A stretch of DNA of 64,000 bases from Felis catus (taxonomy: Eukaryota). Made by a program: the position numbers and the translations under genes. Location: the NCBI RefSeq assembly GCF_018350175.1, contig NC_058368.1, forward strand, positions 133,860,001 through 133,924,000, read 5' to 3'. A model generated the notes under the pieces. It was not told where the DNA came from. It worked only from the letters and a program-made list of their open reading frames with translations, and did not search any database. Below, piece by piece: positions 25,711 through 38,050 of this stretch (its first letter is position 1; each line of letters starts with the position of its first letter).

Positions 25711-27751
25711 GTAAGTTGCCCCTAGATGTGACTCCATTATTTACTGTTAACTGTGGGAAAGCAGTGACCATCAGAAACTTTCAGTTTCTTTGGCTTCAAA
25801 GACCAGAGTTAAATGGAAAGAGTCAGCAGGAACTACAACTTGTGAATGTTTATGAGGACATCCTGATGTGATTTTTGTTTTCTGGTTTTAAGTCAGAGAT
25901 CTAGGATTTGTGCTGTATTCAGTGATAATCACATCACATTCTGGTCAAACGTGAAAGATAATCATGAACTAATGTGCTTGTTAACCTTAGCATAGATACT
26001 AGGTGACAGTTAATTTAAAACACTTTGAGCCTTACTTTTTTGGTGTTGGCAAGATGCAGAGAAAGGGACACCAGCAATATGATATATAATAATCTATAGT
26101 TATTATCATCTGTTTTTAAAATGCGGCATGTTAGAAATAAATGCTAGGCAGCAACCAGCTTGGGCAAGTACCCCAGCGTCTCATACAGACCTCAAGAAGT
26201 GAGACTTTCAGAGATTGGTTCATTTTGTCAATCATTTTCCTATTTAAAAATTTTTGTTTTATGTAACTCTGGTTGAAATTTCAGTCCACACTGTGAACAC
26301 ACATGAAGCTTTGAGCCTGAGAATAGTTTTAAGGGGCTTAGCACTGTATCAACACTCACTTTTAAGTTCTGCTAGTCACTAAAGTATTTGCAACACTTCA
26401 GAAATATTTGTACCCCGTGCAGTACAGCTTTGCGGTATTACACATGCACACACATACGTATAGGGTGGGATTGCTAGGGTTTTGCCCTTATTTTGATTAA
26501 AATTCGTAGCTTTTTTGTAATAGTCGAATGTTCACTGCCCCCTAAAAAATATACCAGTGCATTGAGAGTCACGGGAGAAGGGAAATCTTGAGGAGACAGG
26601 GCGGGGCATGGTGGAATAGGTCTTTCCATCAGTGGCCAGGACCCTTAGAACCACAGAATCAAAAGCACCATTTGGCTTTGTCTCTGGAAGGATAAAGAGG
26701 GAAAAAATACTCTGGATGCTTCTGGGAGGAGAACTGTGTGACTGGCAAATGCCAGCAAAAGGAAGTCTGATTTTGTACTGTGTCCCATTGTACTTTTTGA
26801 ATTATGCACCACATGCGTGGACTTCCTGCATTTGTTTCATTTGAGGGAAAATGCCACTTAGCATTCTAACCTGTTTCTCTGGACAACAGCAGATACGCGA
26901 ATAGACAGTCTTGCCTTAAAAGAGGAAGTGAATTTTTTCAGTCATCGCTCCATACCAGAAGAGAAAAAGTAAAAGTATAGCCTCTCAAAGATAGAAACGA
27001 GTGAGCTCAGAAGTAGAATTGAAAATGTTGCTGTTTTCAACACTATTTGAAGCTCTGTTGAAACTGGAGCTTTAGAGTTTTAGGGAACATTGCCCAACCA
27101 CTGGTCTTAAACCTACTGTTTCAGGCTTGTGCTGTGTATCATTGTAAGTTTACAGAAAGGGCACTGAGTGTATACGCTCCTTTGGCTTTACTCTCTTTAC
27201 AGCGAGCTTTCTTTATACATAATCTTTAGAAACCCTTGAGTAATTCAGGTGAAATGCTGATATTCTAAAGTTGCCTATTTGGGGCATTAATCAAAATGGG
27301 TAACATCCTGGGGGGATAACATTTAGGAAATACAACTGAAAGTAGCAACTGTCATTTAAATCCGTAAACATAATTGTTTACGACACATAAACCCATGGCA
27401 TCCATCTAGAGTGATGGAATCCTAAAGATTTTTATTACATCCTAAAAGTAACAGCCAAAGGGAGTAAAAGACGTGAGTAAAATGTGCTACCAAATTTTTA
27501 AAATAGGCACTGGTAATCGAAAACATTAATTTCATATTTTTCTTTCTTCATCTTCACATTATGGGAGTATTAACTTTAGGATATACTGACGAAATGGTAA
27601 TACTGAGATTTAAAAAAATATTTTTGGATACCTCTGTACTAATGGAGTTTCCTGCAAAACGTTTGAGAATATATATTCTAGCATTACTCCTTTTGTGGCT
27701 GTTTATGGAGAAGGAGAAACTGAATCTTCTGGATGAGATTTCTGGATTTTA

Positions 27752-27982
27752 TTTTATTTTATTTATTTTACTTTTTTAGTTTTACTTTTTTAATTTATTT
27801 ATTTTGAGAGACAAAGAGAGCAAGAGGGGGAGGAGCAGAGAGAGAAGAGAGAGAATTCCATGCAGGCTCTGTGATGTTAGCGCAGAGCCCGATGCAGGGC
27901 TTGACCTTACGAACCTCGAAATCATGATCTGAGCTAAAATCAAGAGTTGAACGCTCAGCCCACTGAGCCACCCAGGCGCCCC
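27752..27982 (-). mobile_element. Can-SINE
   Basis: Typical body; TSD ctggatttta (27742-27751, 27983-27992). Confidence 0.92.
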
Positions 27983-28332
27983 CTGGATTTTAAAGTTCTA
28001 CTCAAAAAGCATAATTAAAATGTTAGACTTGTTCATTTTCAATGAGATGGATTTCTTAAATGGAGCATATACAGAACCTCCAAAGTTACATTACGAGGAA
28101 TTTGGAAGTGGTCGTTCTGTGAGTTACCAAGGACTTAAATGTACTGCCTCAGAATATGGAAGGCTTCAAATACAAGGTGAGAATTATATACTTTTTAAAA
28201 TCATTTGCTTCCTTTCTGCACAAACCACAGCCATGTATATCCAGCAAATGTTACTGTGAAAGGAATTGATGCATTAAAACCTCAGAGAATTTTGGCTCAA
28301 GTTAGTTTCCATCTGTGTTTGTCTTCTGCTAG

Positions 28333-28465
28333 GAATTTGATCCTGAAGAATTTTACTACCTGTTGGAAGCAGCCGAAGGCCATGCCAAAGAAGGACAGGG
28401 TATTAAAACTGACATTCCCAGGTACATCATTAGCCAGCTGGGGCTCAATAAGGATCCTTTGGAAG
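28333..28465 (+). CDS. MAST4: MAST4 exon 7 ([44 protein letters not shown])
   Basis: ctgctag acceptor, AAG|gtgagt donor; 133 nt, phase 0 to 1. Confidence 0.97.
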
Positions 28466-28994
28466 GTGAGTCCCTGGGTTGGGCTGGCCTTTTACTTGCC
28501 TACGCTCTGTGACTTCATACAGGAACTTAGCAGCTCTTTACTTTTGCCACAAGAAAAGGTGAACATGACCTATTTTGTGTTGTACCTGCGGTATAGGGAT
28601 AGGCCTTGAAATCCTAGAGGCCTGTCAGCCTGACAATGCCAGAGTGTCCTGAAAGGGTTTTGGTTTCAGCTTTCTCTGTTTTTTCTCCAGCAAAGCTCCG
28701 TTGGGTTCTCCTCAAGTGCACTTGTACTTTTGAAGATGTTGCTAAAGAAATTAATTATAATTAAATTAAAAGTGACATTTAAAGGAATTGGGGAGTAATG
28801 CAACTGATGATAGATATAGATCGGGCGCAGTGGTGGTAGATCTGTTTTTGCATGTAACAAAAAAAAATTACGAAAAAAATGATAATATACAGGAATGTCC
28901 GTGGGGGGGAAATGTTTTTTAAAGCGTATGAAAGCATTTCTGGTCGGTTCAGATGAAAAAATACATCTGATGCTATTAAATACACACAAGACTA

Positions 28995-29210
28995 GGGGCG
29001 CCTGGGTGGCGCAGTCGGTTAAGCGTCCGACTTCAGCCAGGTCACGATCTCGCGGTCCGTGAGTTCGAGCCCCGCGTCAGGCTCTGGGCTGATGGCTCAG
29101 AGCCTGGAGCCTGTTTCCGATTCTGTGTCTCCCTCTCTCTCTGCCCCTCCCCCATTCATGCTCTGTCTCTCTCTGTCCCAAAAATAAATAAACGTTGAAA
29201 AAAAAATTTT
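28995..29210 (+). mobile_element. Young felid Can-SINE (SINEC_Fc-like)
   Basis: Near-consensus, CpGs intact; TSD aatacacacaa(g/a)acta 15/16 (28979-28994, 29211-29226). Confidence 0.96.
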
Positions 29211-30479
29211 AATACACACAAAACTAAGCACCCTGTTAGCGGTTCTTTAAAAAATCTAATACTGGTAAATGACCCCCCCCACCCCGGCCCCAGTCCCCTA
29301 CCTTTTCCTACTCGTTACTGTCGGGGTGGTCATTTAAAACACTTGAGTTACATACTGCCTAAAAAGAGTCAAAAACAATCATAGACTCCTCTATTCAAAA
29401 TTGTCTTCCTGGTTCATTAAATTGAATTTGCAAACAGTGTTTATCTTGCTAAATTGTTTGTAATGATGGTGACTGTTGGCACAGATATTTTCCCATCTAA
29501 AGCCAGGGAACCTGCTGCTCTCTGCCCTGCTCTCCTATTTCCCCTGCTTTGTTTGCTCTTACGGCCATCCGATCTTTGCTTCCAGTGAAATGATGCATGC
29601 ATTACTGGGAGATAATGCCAGATAAATTTATACTGTACTGAAAGCAATACCACAACAGATTCATCACTTATCAGAGACTGGTGGCTGCTTTTCTGAAAAG
29701 TTCCCTGGGGAGAGATTTTTCCCCATGGCTTTTAAATTACCATCTTTACCTTTTTGAATCATGAGTCTTCAGAAATGGTTTAAATCAATGAAATAAAAAG
29801 GGCAGATGTTTAATGGTATTTAGATGAGTTTTAAAAATCTCTTCAGGCATTACAAAATGATGCCTTAGCTTCCTGCTTCAAAAGCTGACTCTTGGTTCCA
29901 TTCCATTACTACCCACTGCTTGCAAATAATATGTATTTCTCAGATAATAGTTATTTAGCAGAAATCCTATTTAAAACAGAACCATCTTTTAATTTGTTTT
30001 TTTATGAAAATAATTGGAGTGGGGAGGCTGTCAAAGTATATTATAGTGACTGTTCACGCTGATAGAGTTAAGGTGGTTTCAGCCCTTGAATTGTAGAGCG
30101 AGTGAGCACTTCACAGTTTTCTTACCTGGAGGGAAATGACACTGTAGGCTGAACTTCGGTAGGTGAATAATCTGAGGCCCATTTGTGTACCTTTATAGAG
30201 AATCTAAATAAATTTTAATAGTGATCTTGGACCAGTTTTATGTTTAGTAATGCAAATTTATCACTGAGAGTTGTGTTTTTAACTCTTGACACTTGGTTTT
30301 CTTGATTCAGATCTGAGGATCATTTTTAACCGATTTAATATCATTTAGCCTGCTGTTATTACAAAATCTGGTCTCCATTTGTTTCCCTTCTTGTCAGCAT
30401 CTGTACTAACAGGCCTACAGCCTGACCTTTGAAAGTCTGGAGTGAGGGTGTGGAGTGGGAATGCCCCGGTCTGCACCCC

Positions 30480-30648
30480 GGGACCAGCTGTGACCTTGAC
30501 CATGCAGTTGATGGGCCTCTTTGTGCCTCAGTGTTCTTTCCCTAAGACCAGGGTAGTGGTACCTATTCATAGAGATGTTTTTAGGATTATGTGAGTTATT
30601 TCTCTACCCAGGATACAGTAATGCTTAATAAATGTTAGCTACTATTGC
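30480..30648 (+). mobile_element. MIR
   Basis: agctgtgaccttga...tgtgcctcagtg...taataaatgttagctactatt. Confidence 0.65.
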
Positions 30649-31057
30649 CTTTTTATTCAAACAATATTCAAGTCAGTCTCTTCCTTGAGAATCCCTCCAA
30701 CTGAACATATTTTGGTTCACCTACCAGTCCAACAATCTAAGGTCCTAGTCAGAGAGGATGTTGACATCACTGGAATGACACCAAGGAAGCATGTAGTTAG
30801 TACTGAGCTCACTTTTAGTCTTGAATTTCGGGTACTGGTAGCCGTAGTCTACACTAAGTCTTCACTTAGTGTAGATTCTGGAGTTTATTAATTTTTATCT
30901 GGAGACAACACTCCATTGTCGTTTTGCTTCCTATCTTTTATGTGTAATCTCTCCCAAAAAGGATGATTATAATTATAAGAATATGAATGAGAGCCTAAGG
31001 ACTCCTTTTAGATGCATACAAAAATAGGTAACTAAAAACTATAACTTATGTATAAGT

Positions 31058-31060
<3 letters not shown>

Positions 31061-31096
<36 letters not shown>
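31061..31096. repeat. (TA)18 microsatellite
   Basis: Read directly. Confidence 0.95.
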
Positions 31097-31097
<1 letters not shown>

Positions 31098-32175
31098 CTT
31101 AGCATACACGTTCAATTTTGAAAAATTAGAAAATGCAAATTACCTGTGGTCTTACCACTCAGAGATAACTACCTATCAAAGTTTTGGAGGGAATTCCTTC
31201 ATGTTTTGGGGGTTTTTTTTAATTAAACATTTTTAGGTGTAGAAATTAAAATGAACATAAAATGAATTTGGTTTCTTCATTTACTTAGGTAGACTCAGAG
31301 ATGTGTTCCATTGTGGATTGAGTGGTTAAATGCCTATGTCTTTTTGTTGGTTTCTGTTTTTCTTTTTTGTTTTTGTGTCTTTTAAGCAGACCACCAAGGT
31401 AGTACTTTGTCAGGCATGTGGCATCCAGCCCATGCTGGATCGTAATAAATAACAATCAGTATTCAGTGAACACTTAATTTTTGTTAGTCAATATGCTAAG
31501 AGCCTTACACGAATATCCTATATCGTACTTATAAGAAACTAGTAAAAGATGAATACATTGTTCTCGTCTTACAGAGGAAGAGCCTGAGGTTAAAAGGTCC
31601 CTAGTAAGTGCTGACTGTGGTGACCCAAGCCTTCTCATCGTCAAGCGTCTCTTAACAACTGTTACTTCCTTTGTGACAAATTGCAAATTCTTAGTGTACC
31701 AGGAAGGGGATATTGCTCAGTGGATGTGAAAGAAATGGAGCAAGGAATGCTCAGCTACAAGTTGAGAATCATCTCTGAGCTGTGGTCAGTGTATCTTTGA
31801 TGCCTTTCAGAGCCTGGGAAGACTTGCCTGTCTTGAGAATCCTATCATAAGAATAATCATTGACACATACACCTGCCCCAACCCCACCCCATGGTGATTG
31901 TGTCGACTACTGAATCCTGCTAGCTGAAGCAGAAGCCCAGCTCTCAAGTACCCGTGTCTAGGTGTTCATAAGAAGTAGGGTTCTATAGAAGGGCTTAGAA
32001 TGAACAATTTCAAAAACAGCAGCTGGTGGCTCTTACCATTTTTGATTAAGACTTTCCCATGGGTATGTTGAAGTAGAGAGTAGATTGTTTTTAATATCAA
32101 AGATATTACTTCTTATCCAGTTATAATTGTATTTTTCTTAAACTTTGCTTTTTTTATTTTTTGTTTTTAATTTAG

Positions 32176-32243
32176 AAATGGCTCAGTTGGGAAACTATGA
32201 CAGTGGGACAGCAGAAACACCAGAAACAGATGAATCAGTGAGT
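32176..32243 (+). CDS. MAST4: MAST4 exon 8 (EMAQLGNYDSGTAETPETDESVS)
   Basis: T-rich tract + tttag acceptor, AGT|gtaagt donor; 68 nt, phase 1 to 0. Confidence 0.94.
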
Positions 32244-32539
32244 GTAAGTGTCTTTCTTGATGAAATATGTTGGTTTTTCTGTTTATCAACATCTGGAGAT
32301 TCAGAGTGTGTTAATTACTTTGTCTCTTCACTAAGCATGCATTGTGCTTCTATGTGCAAGGCAGTAAGCATATAATTTTAGTCCTTTTTTTTCAGAGAAA
32401 AAAATTAATAAAAAGAAATCATGCACGAAAAAAGAAAAATGCTAAACTTGAATATAAGATCAATGATGAAAAAGGGCCATGTGCTACTAAACATACAGAA
32501 ATTGACCTTAGTCTTGCCAGTCCAATAAGGTCTCCCAAG

Positions 32540-33000
32540 GAAATGGTGCAGGAGATGTGGCATGAGAAGTTGCTAGGATAAGAAGGGGCAGAAGGAACAT
32601 TCCAGGCCCAGGGAACATCCTGGGCAAAAACTGTGCCACAAGGGAGCAGAGTGCATCTGAGAGCAAGGGCAAGGAGACCACAAAGATTGGAGAGCTTGGG
32701 TAAAAACCTGACATACAGGTCCTTGTTGCTCATCTTTGTCAAATCTTTTCTTTCAAGGAACAGTGGGAAGCAGTTGAACTTTGGAGGAAATGGGTGTGTT
32801 TGTGGGGTGGAGACAAGTAGACAGGAGGATGACCCAATCAGAGTCATGGCTTCCAGTCTTCTGACTACAGTCCAGACAGTAGATGGGGTGAGGGGAACAC
32901 ACAGGGGTGACCACGGGGAAGCCACTCAGGAGACTATGCAGTGGCACAGGTGACAGTTTCAGGATGCCATCATCCTGGGAACCAGCCTGGAGCAAGTTGG
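32540..33000 (-). mobile_element. L2 relic
   Basis: Purine-rich; aggaacattccaggcccagggaaca...gcaaaa motif typical of antisense L2. Confidence 0.5.
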
Positions 33001-33029
33001 GGGTGGTCAGAAAAGAGAGGTAGCTGTAT

Positions 33030-33225
33030 TGCCTGGGGGCTAAGAACCCAGGCTCTGGAGTAACATTGCCTGGATTTGAAAGCTGGCCGTACCTCTTGCT
33101 AGCTGTGGGAATCTCTGTGCCTAGTTTCCTCTTCTGTAAAAAAAAAAAAAGATAAAAGATTAAATGAGATAGTTTGTGTTAGATAGTTAGGTCAGCGCAC
33201 TACTAAATGCTAAATAAATGATAGT
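33030..33225 (+). mobile_element. MIR
   Basis: ggctctggag...ctctgtgcctagtttcctcttctgtaaaa...gattaaatgagata. Confidence 0.7.
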
Positions 33226-33232
33226 TGGCGGG

Positions 33233-33411
33233 TGTTTTGTTTGTTTTTTGAGAGAGACAGAAAGTGCCTATGAGCTGGGGACAGGGGCAGAGAGAGGGAG
33301 GGAGGGAGAGAGGGAATCTTAAGCAGGGAGCCCTACCTGGGGCTCAGTCTCGCAAGTGTGAGATGAAATCACCATTTAAAAGCTCAACCATTTAAGCCAC
33401 CCAGGGGTCCC
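33233..33411 (-). mobile_element. Diverged Can-SINE
   Basis: gagggaatcttaagcagg...aagccacccaggggtccc. Confidence 0.78.
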
Positions 33412-34161
33412 AATAGTTATTTTTGTTAATTCTATCATATTTATTACAATTTTGAATGTGTTTAGATTTAAGTTTTTTTGGGGGGGACAGTCACGAAGAG
33501 CCATCAAACTAGCAACTATATATATGGTGTGGAATTTTGGGGCACTCAGGGATAGTTTTGGGTGGGGTTCTGAATGACATAGGAATCATCCGTGGGCATG
33601 AATGAGGTCACCTGGGTGCGGAAGAGTTAATGAGACAGGTGGGCTTTGAACAGCCCAAAGCTTGGGGACCCATCAGAGTGGAATAGTGGAGCAAGTGCAT
33701 GGTCCTTGTCCCGAATTACATTTACTGTGATGGGGTGTTAACAGTGATGACTGGACCTAAGACTTGAGCCAAAGGCCAAGGGGAAATAGAGGACAGAAAC
33801 AGTTGTTGGGTTGAGCAACTAAAGTAGCCCAGAGGCCAGGGTGTTGGGTAAGTTACCTGTGGGACACGGAAGTCATCCAGGATGGTGAGAGAACTCGACC
33901 AGAGAGGAAGGTGGAAAGCTAGGTACCTAAGTCTCCAAAAGATGAGTGGGACAGCATGTTAGTGCATGACAGCCTCGGTTTGGAGAGGGTGACACGTACC
34001 TTAGACTCATAGGATTTCTTCTAAAATAATAGGAAGGGAATCCTGGGCTCTGCAGCAGACGCAAAGAGGCTGTCACTGCTCACCCTCTCAATGCTCAGAT
34101 ACATGGAGTATGAGAGAATTAAAGCATAACACTTTGCTTATTATTTTCCTTTGAGCTCAAC

Positions 34162-34363
34162 TTTTTATTTTATGTTTTTCCTAAACTTTATTTACTTGTT
34201 TTGAGAGAGACAGAGAGGGAGAGAGAATCCCAAGCAGGCTCCACACTTACAGCTCAGAGCCCAGTGAGGGGCTCGAACCCACAAACCAGGAGGAGATCAA
34301 GATCGTAAGTTGAGCTGAAATTGAGAGTTTGATGCTTAACTGACTGAGCCACCCAGGCGCCCC
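34162..34363 (-). mobile_element. Can-SINE
   Basis: Typical body; TSD tgagctcaac on both sides. Confidence 0.92.
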
Positions 34364-34888
34364 TGAGCTCAACATTTAAAGAGCTATCTTTTTGAAAATA
34401 GATATTTAAAGCCTCGTAAGAATAATGATAGGGAAGTAAAGAAAGGCACACGGATTGTCTTTTCGAGTGTCTTTGTTGCCGACTATCTTTTCCAAACAGA
34501 AGGTACCGCAGAAAGGACACAGACATTCTCTGGCCAGGGACAGACCAGAGTTCGTGTATCCATCAGCTCATGTAGAGCCACAACAGCCCGTTCTTTCCCG
34601 GCTGACTGAAACCTGAATTAAGGCTTGACGTTTTGGACTTAAGTCTCAAAACATGAAAACACCAGGATGAGGCTAACAAGAATAGTTTACAAAGGTAAAT
34701 CAAACTTGGAAATTTTCAAAAGCTTGGTGCCTTCATCTCCCGGAAATGGGGGTTCACGTACATGAGACTGAGGCTCTGTCATGAGAAGTAGTGGATCAGC
34801 ACTGCTGTGCGACCTTGATCTTTAAAGTTGTCTCTCAGGTTCCTTTGGCTGCAATACTGCACTTCAGCGTATTAAACACCAGAGCATA

Positions 34889-35096
34889 GGGGTACCTGGC
34901 TGGCTCAGTCAGTTGAGCGTCAGACTTCGGCTCAGGTCATGATCTCATGGCTTGTGAGTCTGAGCCCCACGTCAGGCTCTGTGCTGAGAGCTCAGAGCCT
35001 GGAGTCTGCTTCAGATTCTGTCTCCCTCTCTCTTTGCCCCTCCCCTGCTCACGCTCTCAAAAATAAATAAATGTTAAAAAAAAGTTAAAAAAAAAA
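34889..35096 (+). mobile_element. Can-SINE, about 100 nt upstream of exon 9
   Basis: ggggtacctggctggctcagtc head, aataaa and A tail. Confidence 0.92.
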
Positions 35097-35191
35097 CCTG
35101 GAGCGTATCACGCTAATATTATTTATGTTGCTGTAAAAGTCATTGTCTGGAGTTTTCAGCTATTTTCTAACTTCCATATTTTGTTTCCAAG

Positions 35192-35277
35192 AGCTCCAAT
35201 GCTTCCTTGAAACTTCAAAGGAAACCTCGGGAAAGTGATTTTGAAACGATTAAATTGATTAGCAATGGAGCCTATGG
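35192..35277 (+). CDS. MAST4: MAST4 exon 9 (SSNASLKLQRKPRESDFETIKLISNGAYG), kinase subdomain I
   Basis: tttccaag acceptor, TGG|gtgagt donor; 86 nt, phase 0 to 2; MAST-type Gly loop ISNGAYG. Confidence 0.96.
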
Positions 35278-35863
35278 GTGAGTAATTCAAGAAAACTCTC
35301 TATTGTATCTTAACACACCTGAGTAATGTATTCTTCACATTTATTTTAGGCCAAATAGATGTCATTAGGGACTTGAATTTTCATATTACCACTCCTTCAC
35401 TGGTGGCTATAATGTGTGGCCAAAATCATTTTTCATTTGGATACTCCATCAAGAAAACGTATCAAGTGACCTGGAGTTATTTTAGAGTTATGGAGAAGGA
35501 GGCTTTATGAAGTCATGGAAGGTTTTCATATAAATCCCTGTTTCTGCCTCCTTTATTCCACTGTTTTGAGTGCCATAGTGCCTACTCCTGGTTGTAAATA
35601 TGCATCCACACGCATCTACCTCTGGATATATATAATCGTTATCTCTAAACATATTTACACTCCTATATAGCATTACTACTTAAGAATTAACCAGTACTTT
35701 GCAGTCTCACCACCAGTCAACCTTGTGAGACAAGTACTGCAGTAAAAAGACTGCTTGAAAACTTAGAGCAGTTCATTTCCTTTAGTCTTTATATCACACC
35801 AAGGTTTTTTTTTTTTTTCAGTTGATGTCCGTACTCTGATCACATTAGTGGTGCCCCTTTCTT

Positions 35864-35900
35864 TTTTTTAATTCTTTTTATGTTTCATTTACTTGTTTTT

Positions 35901-35932
<32 letters not shown>

Positions 35933-36097
35933 CAGGAAGGGAGGGGCAGAGAGAGAAAGGGAGAGAGAGAATTCTAAGCATACTCCAGGCTGTCAGCGTA
36001 GAACCCAACGTGGGGCTCGAACTCACGAACCGTGAGATCATGACCTCACCGAAACCAAGAGTCAGACACTTAACCAACTGAGCCACCCAGGTGCCCC
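35864..36097 (-). mobile_element. Can-SINE
   Basis: Perfect 16-bp TSD gtggtgcccctttctt (35848-35863, 36099-36114). Confidence 0.93.
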
Positions 36098-37838
36098 TGT
36101 GGTGCCCCTTTCTTGATTCATTTTCATAGACATAAGCTTTTCTTCTCACAGTGTAGGGTCAATGGTGACAAGATCCTTCTGAGTTCCTTAGAAACAGGAA
36201 GGGTAATTAATACACATATTGTGTCCTGATCCATCTTAGACAGCCCAAGAGCTCTAGTTTAATTAAGTATTAATCTCAATTCCATCTGTATTTGGAGAGC
36301 AATAAACAATCCCATAGACATTTATTGCCATTTGTCACACATATGAGCAGATGAGATAAAAGCGATTTCTGTTACGCCACAAGGGATGTTTCTCCTTATG
36401 ATTTTTTTTTTTTACCTAATATTTTCCACACCATTAACTTAGTGAAGAGCTTAAATATTTGTGAGTCCTTCCTGTGCTTCACTGATTTATTTTCAGGATT
36501 ATGGCAAATGGTATATTTCCTGATGTAGCTTATAAATGTTTTCTGATATTTTATTTTTAGAATATTTTATTTTGTTCAACGGTCCTTTGAAACTTGTCCC
36601 CCTAAGGAAATTATTTGGGTATAGAGTTGTTTGTGAGTTTCATTTGTTTGTTATTTGGTTTTAGTTCGTTTTAGTTTTCAAGATCATGTGAGGATTTCTT
36701 CCTTCATTAGGGAAAAGACTGAACTTAGATTTAATGAGTCTATGGGTTTGAGCCCTGGTAGACTTTATTGGCAGTGGAATTCTAGAATAAGATGATCTGT
36801 GAAGCACCACTTGTATAAAATTTGGGCATATATCTTAGCACTATTTGGAGTTCTAATTGGTTGAGTAAACTCATTTGTAGTGCAATTAAACCACTGTATA
36901 GTAGATGAGGTATATCACACTTCAGGGAATGGCTGGGAATATACAAGAAGTTAAACAAGCTGTGAATCACTAAACACCCAGGATGCAGGCCAAGCCATTA
37001 ATGGGCTTACAAGCTGCCTGTGGGAGCTTCTGCCCATCAGCCAAAACTTTTTTCCTCTTTTGCTCTTCTCAGATTTAATCTCTCATTACATCTCTGACAG
37101 ATTTCCCCTTCATTTTAATTATTTTTAGTTCAAAATTTGAATGGGGCTCTACCCATTGGTCCACCCAGTCAGGAGGCTGATTGTAAGCTTATGTGTTCCA
37201 GTGGAACACTTGGTAGATGATCTGGGGCTGTTGGAAGTTTCCCTGACATGTGTCACAGTCTGCCACTCAGCATCCATGGCTCAGAGTGACACCGATGCCT
37301 CGACTTTGTGAAAATTGCCCGGCCTGGGAACTAACCCTCTCATTAGGAGGGTCTCTAACACATCAGCGTTTTCTCCGCATCATACTTAGTGACGGTTCAT
37401 GTTATGAAGCCAACCTACTAATTTGATACCATCCAGTTTCCTTCTTTCCACGTTACGTGTTTTGGATCCCTGGCTGGAAGTTAGATGTCCCTTCACGCCA
37501 ACTTAACACTTCGTAGAGAGCTAACACTTGCCGTGTGCCAGGCACCGTGTTGGTTTATATATACTGTCTTCTCGCAAGAGCCCTGGGTGGTGTCGATATT
37601 ATTTCCATTTAGATGTAGGGAAAGAGAGGCTTGGATGCATGGATGGCCACAGGTGTGCTAATTCTAAACAGTGCTCTTTCCTTCTCTCAGTATTCTTGTT
37701 ACAACTTAGAGCCATGTTCATTGTGTATAGAAGGCCTTCTTCTCGTGATTCCACCTGGATTTTTCAATTACGGCTTTGAATATTTTCAAAGTGAAAGAAT
37801 AAAATTGACTTAAAAGATTTTTAAAAACGAGGTCCAAA

Positions 37839-38050
37839 CCTGGGTGGCTCAGTTGGTTAAGCATCCAACTTCGGCTGAGGTCATGACCTTGCATTTCGTG
37901 GGTTCAAACCCTGCTTGGGGCTCTGTGCTGACAGCTCAGAGCCTAGACCCTGGTTTAGATTCTGTTGTCTTCCTCTCTCTCTGTCCTTCCCCTGCGTGTG
38001 CTTTGTCTGTCTCAAAAATAAATGAAACATTTAAACAAAATTTTTTTAAA
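37839..38050 (+). mobile_element. Can-SINE
   Basis: cctgggtggctcagttggttaagc head, CT region, tail. Confidence 0.9.

Noticed and set aside
28820..28840. cgggcgcagtggtgg resembling the 7SL/Alu 5' end
   Set aside because: Only about 14 nt of similarity, with no continuation
31041..31060. Palindrome ATAACTTAT-GT-ATAAGTTAT resembling loxP ends
   Set aside because: 20 bp instead of 34, lacks the CGTATA arm cores and 8-bp spacer; AT-rich and adjacent to a (TA)n repeat
32419..32995. 168-aa and 106-aa ORFs
   Set aside because: Overlap an L2-like relic; no recognisable domain or splice support
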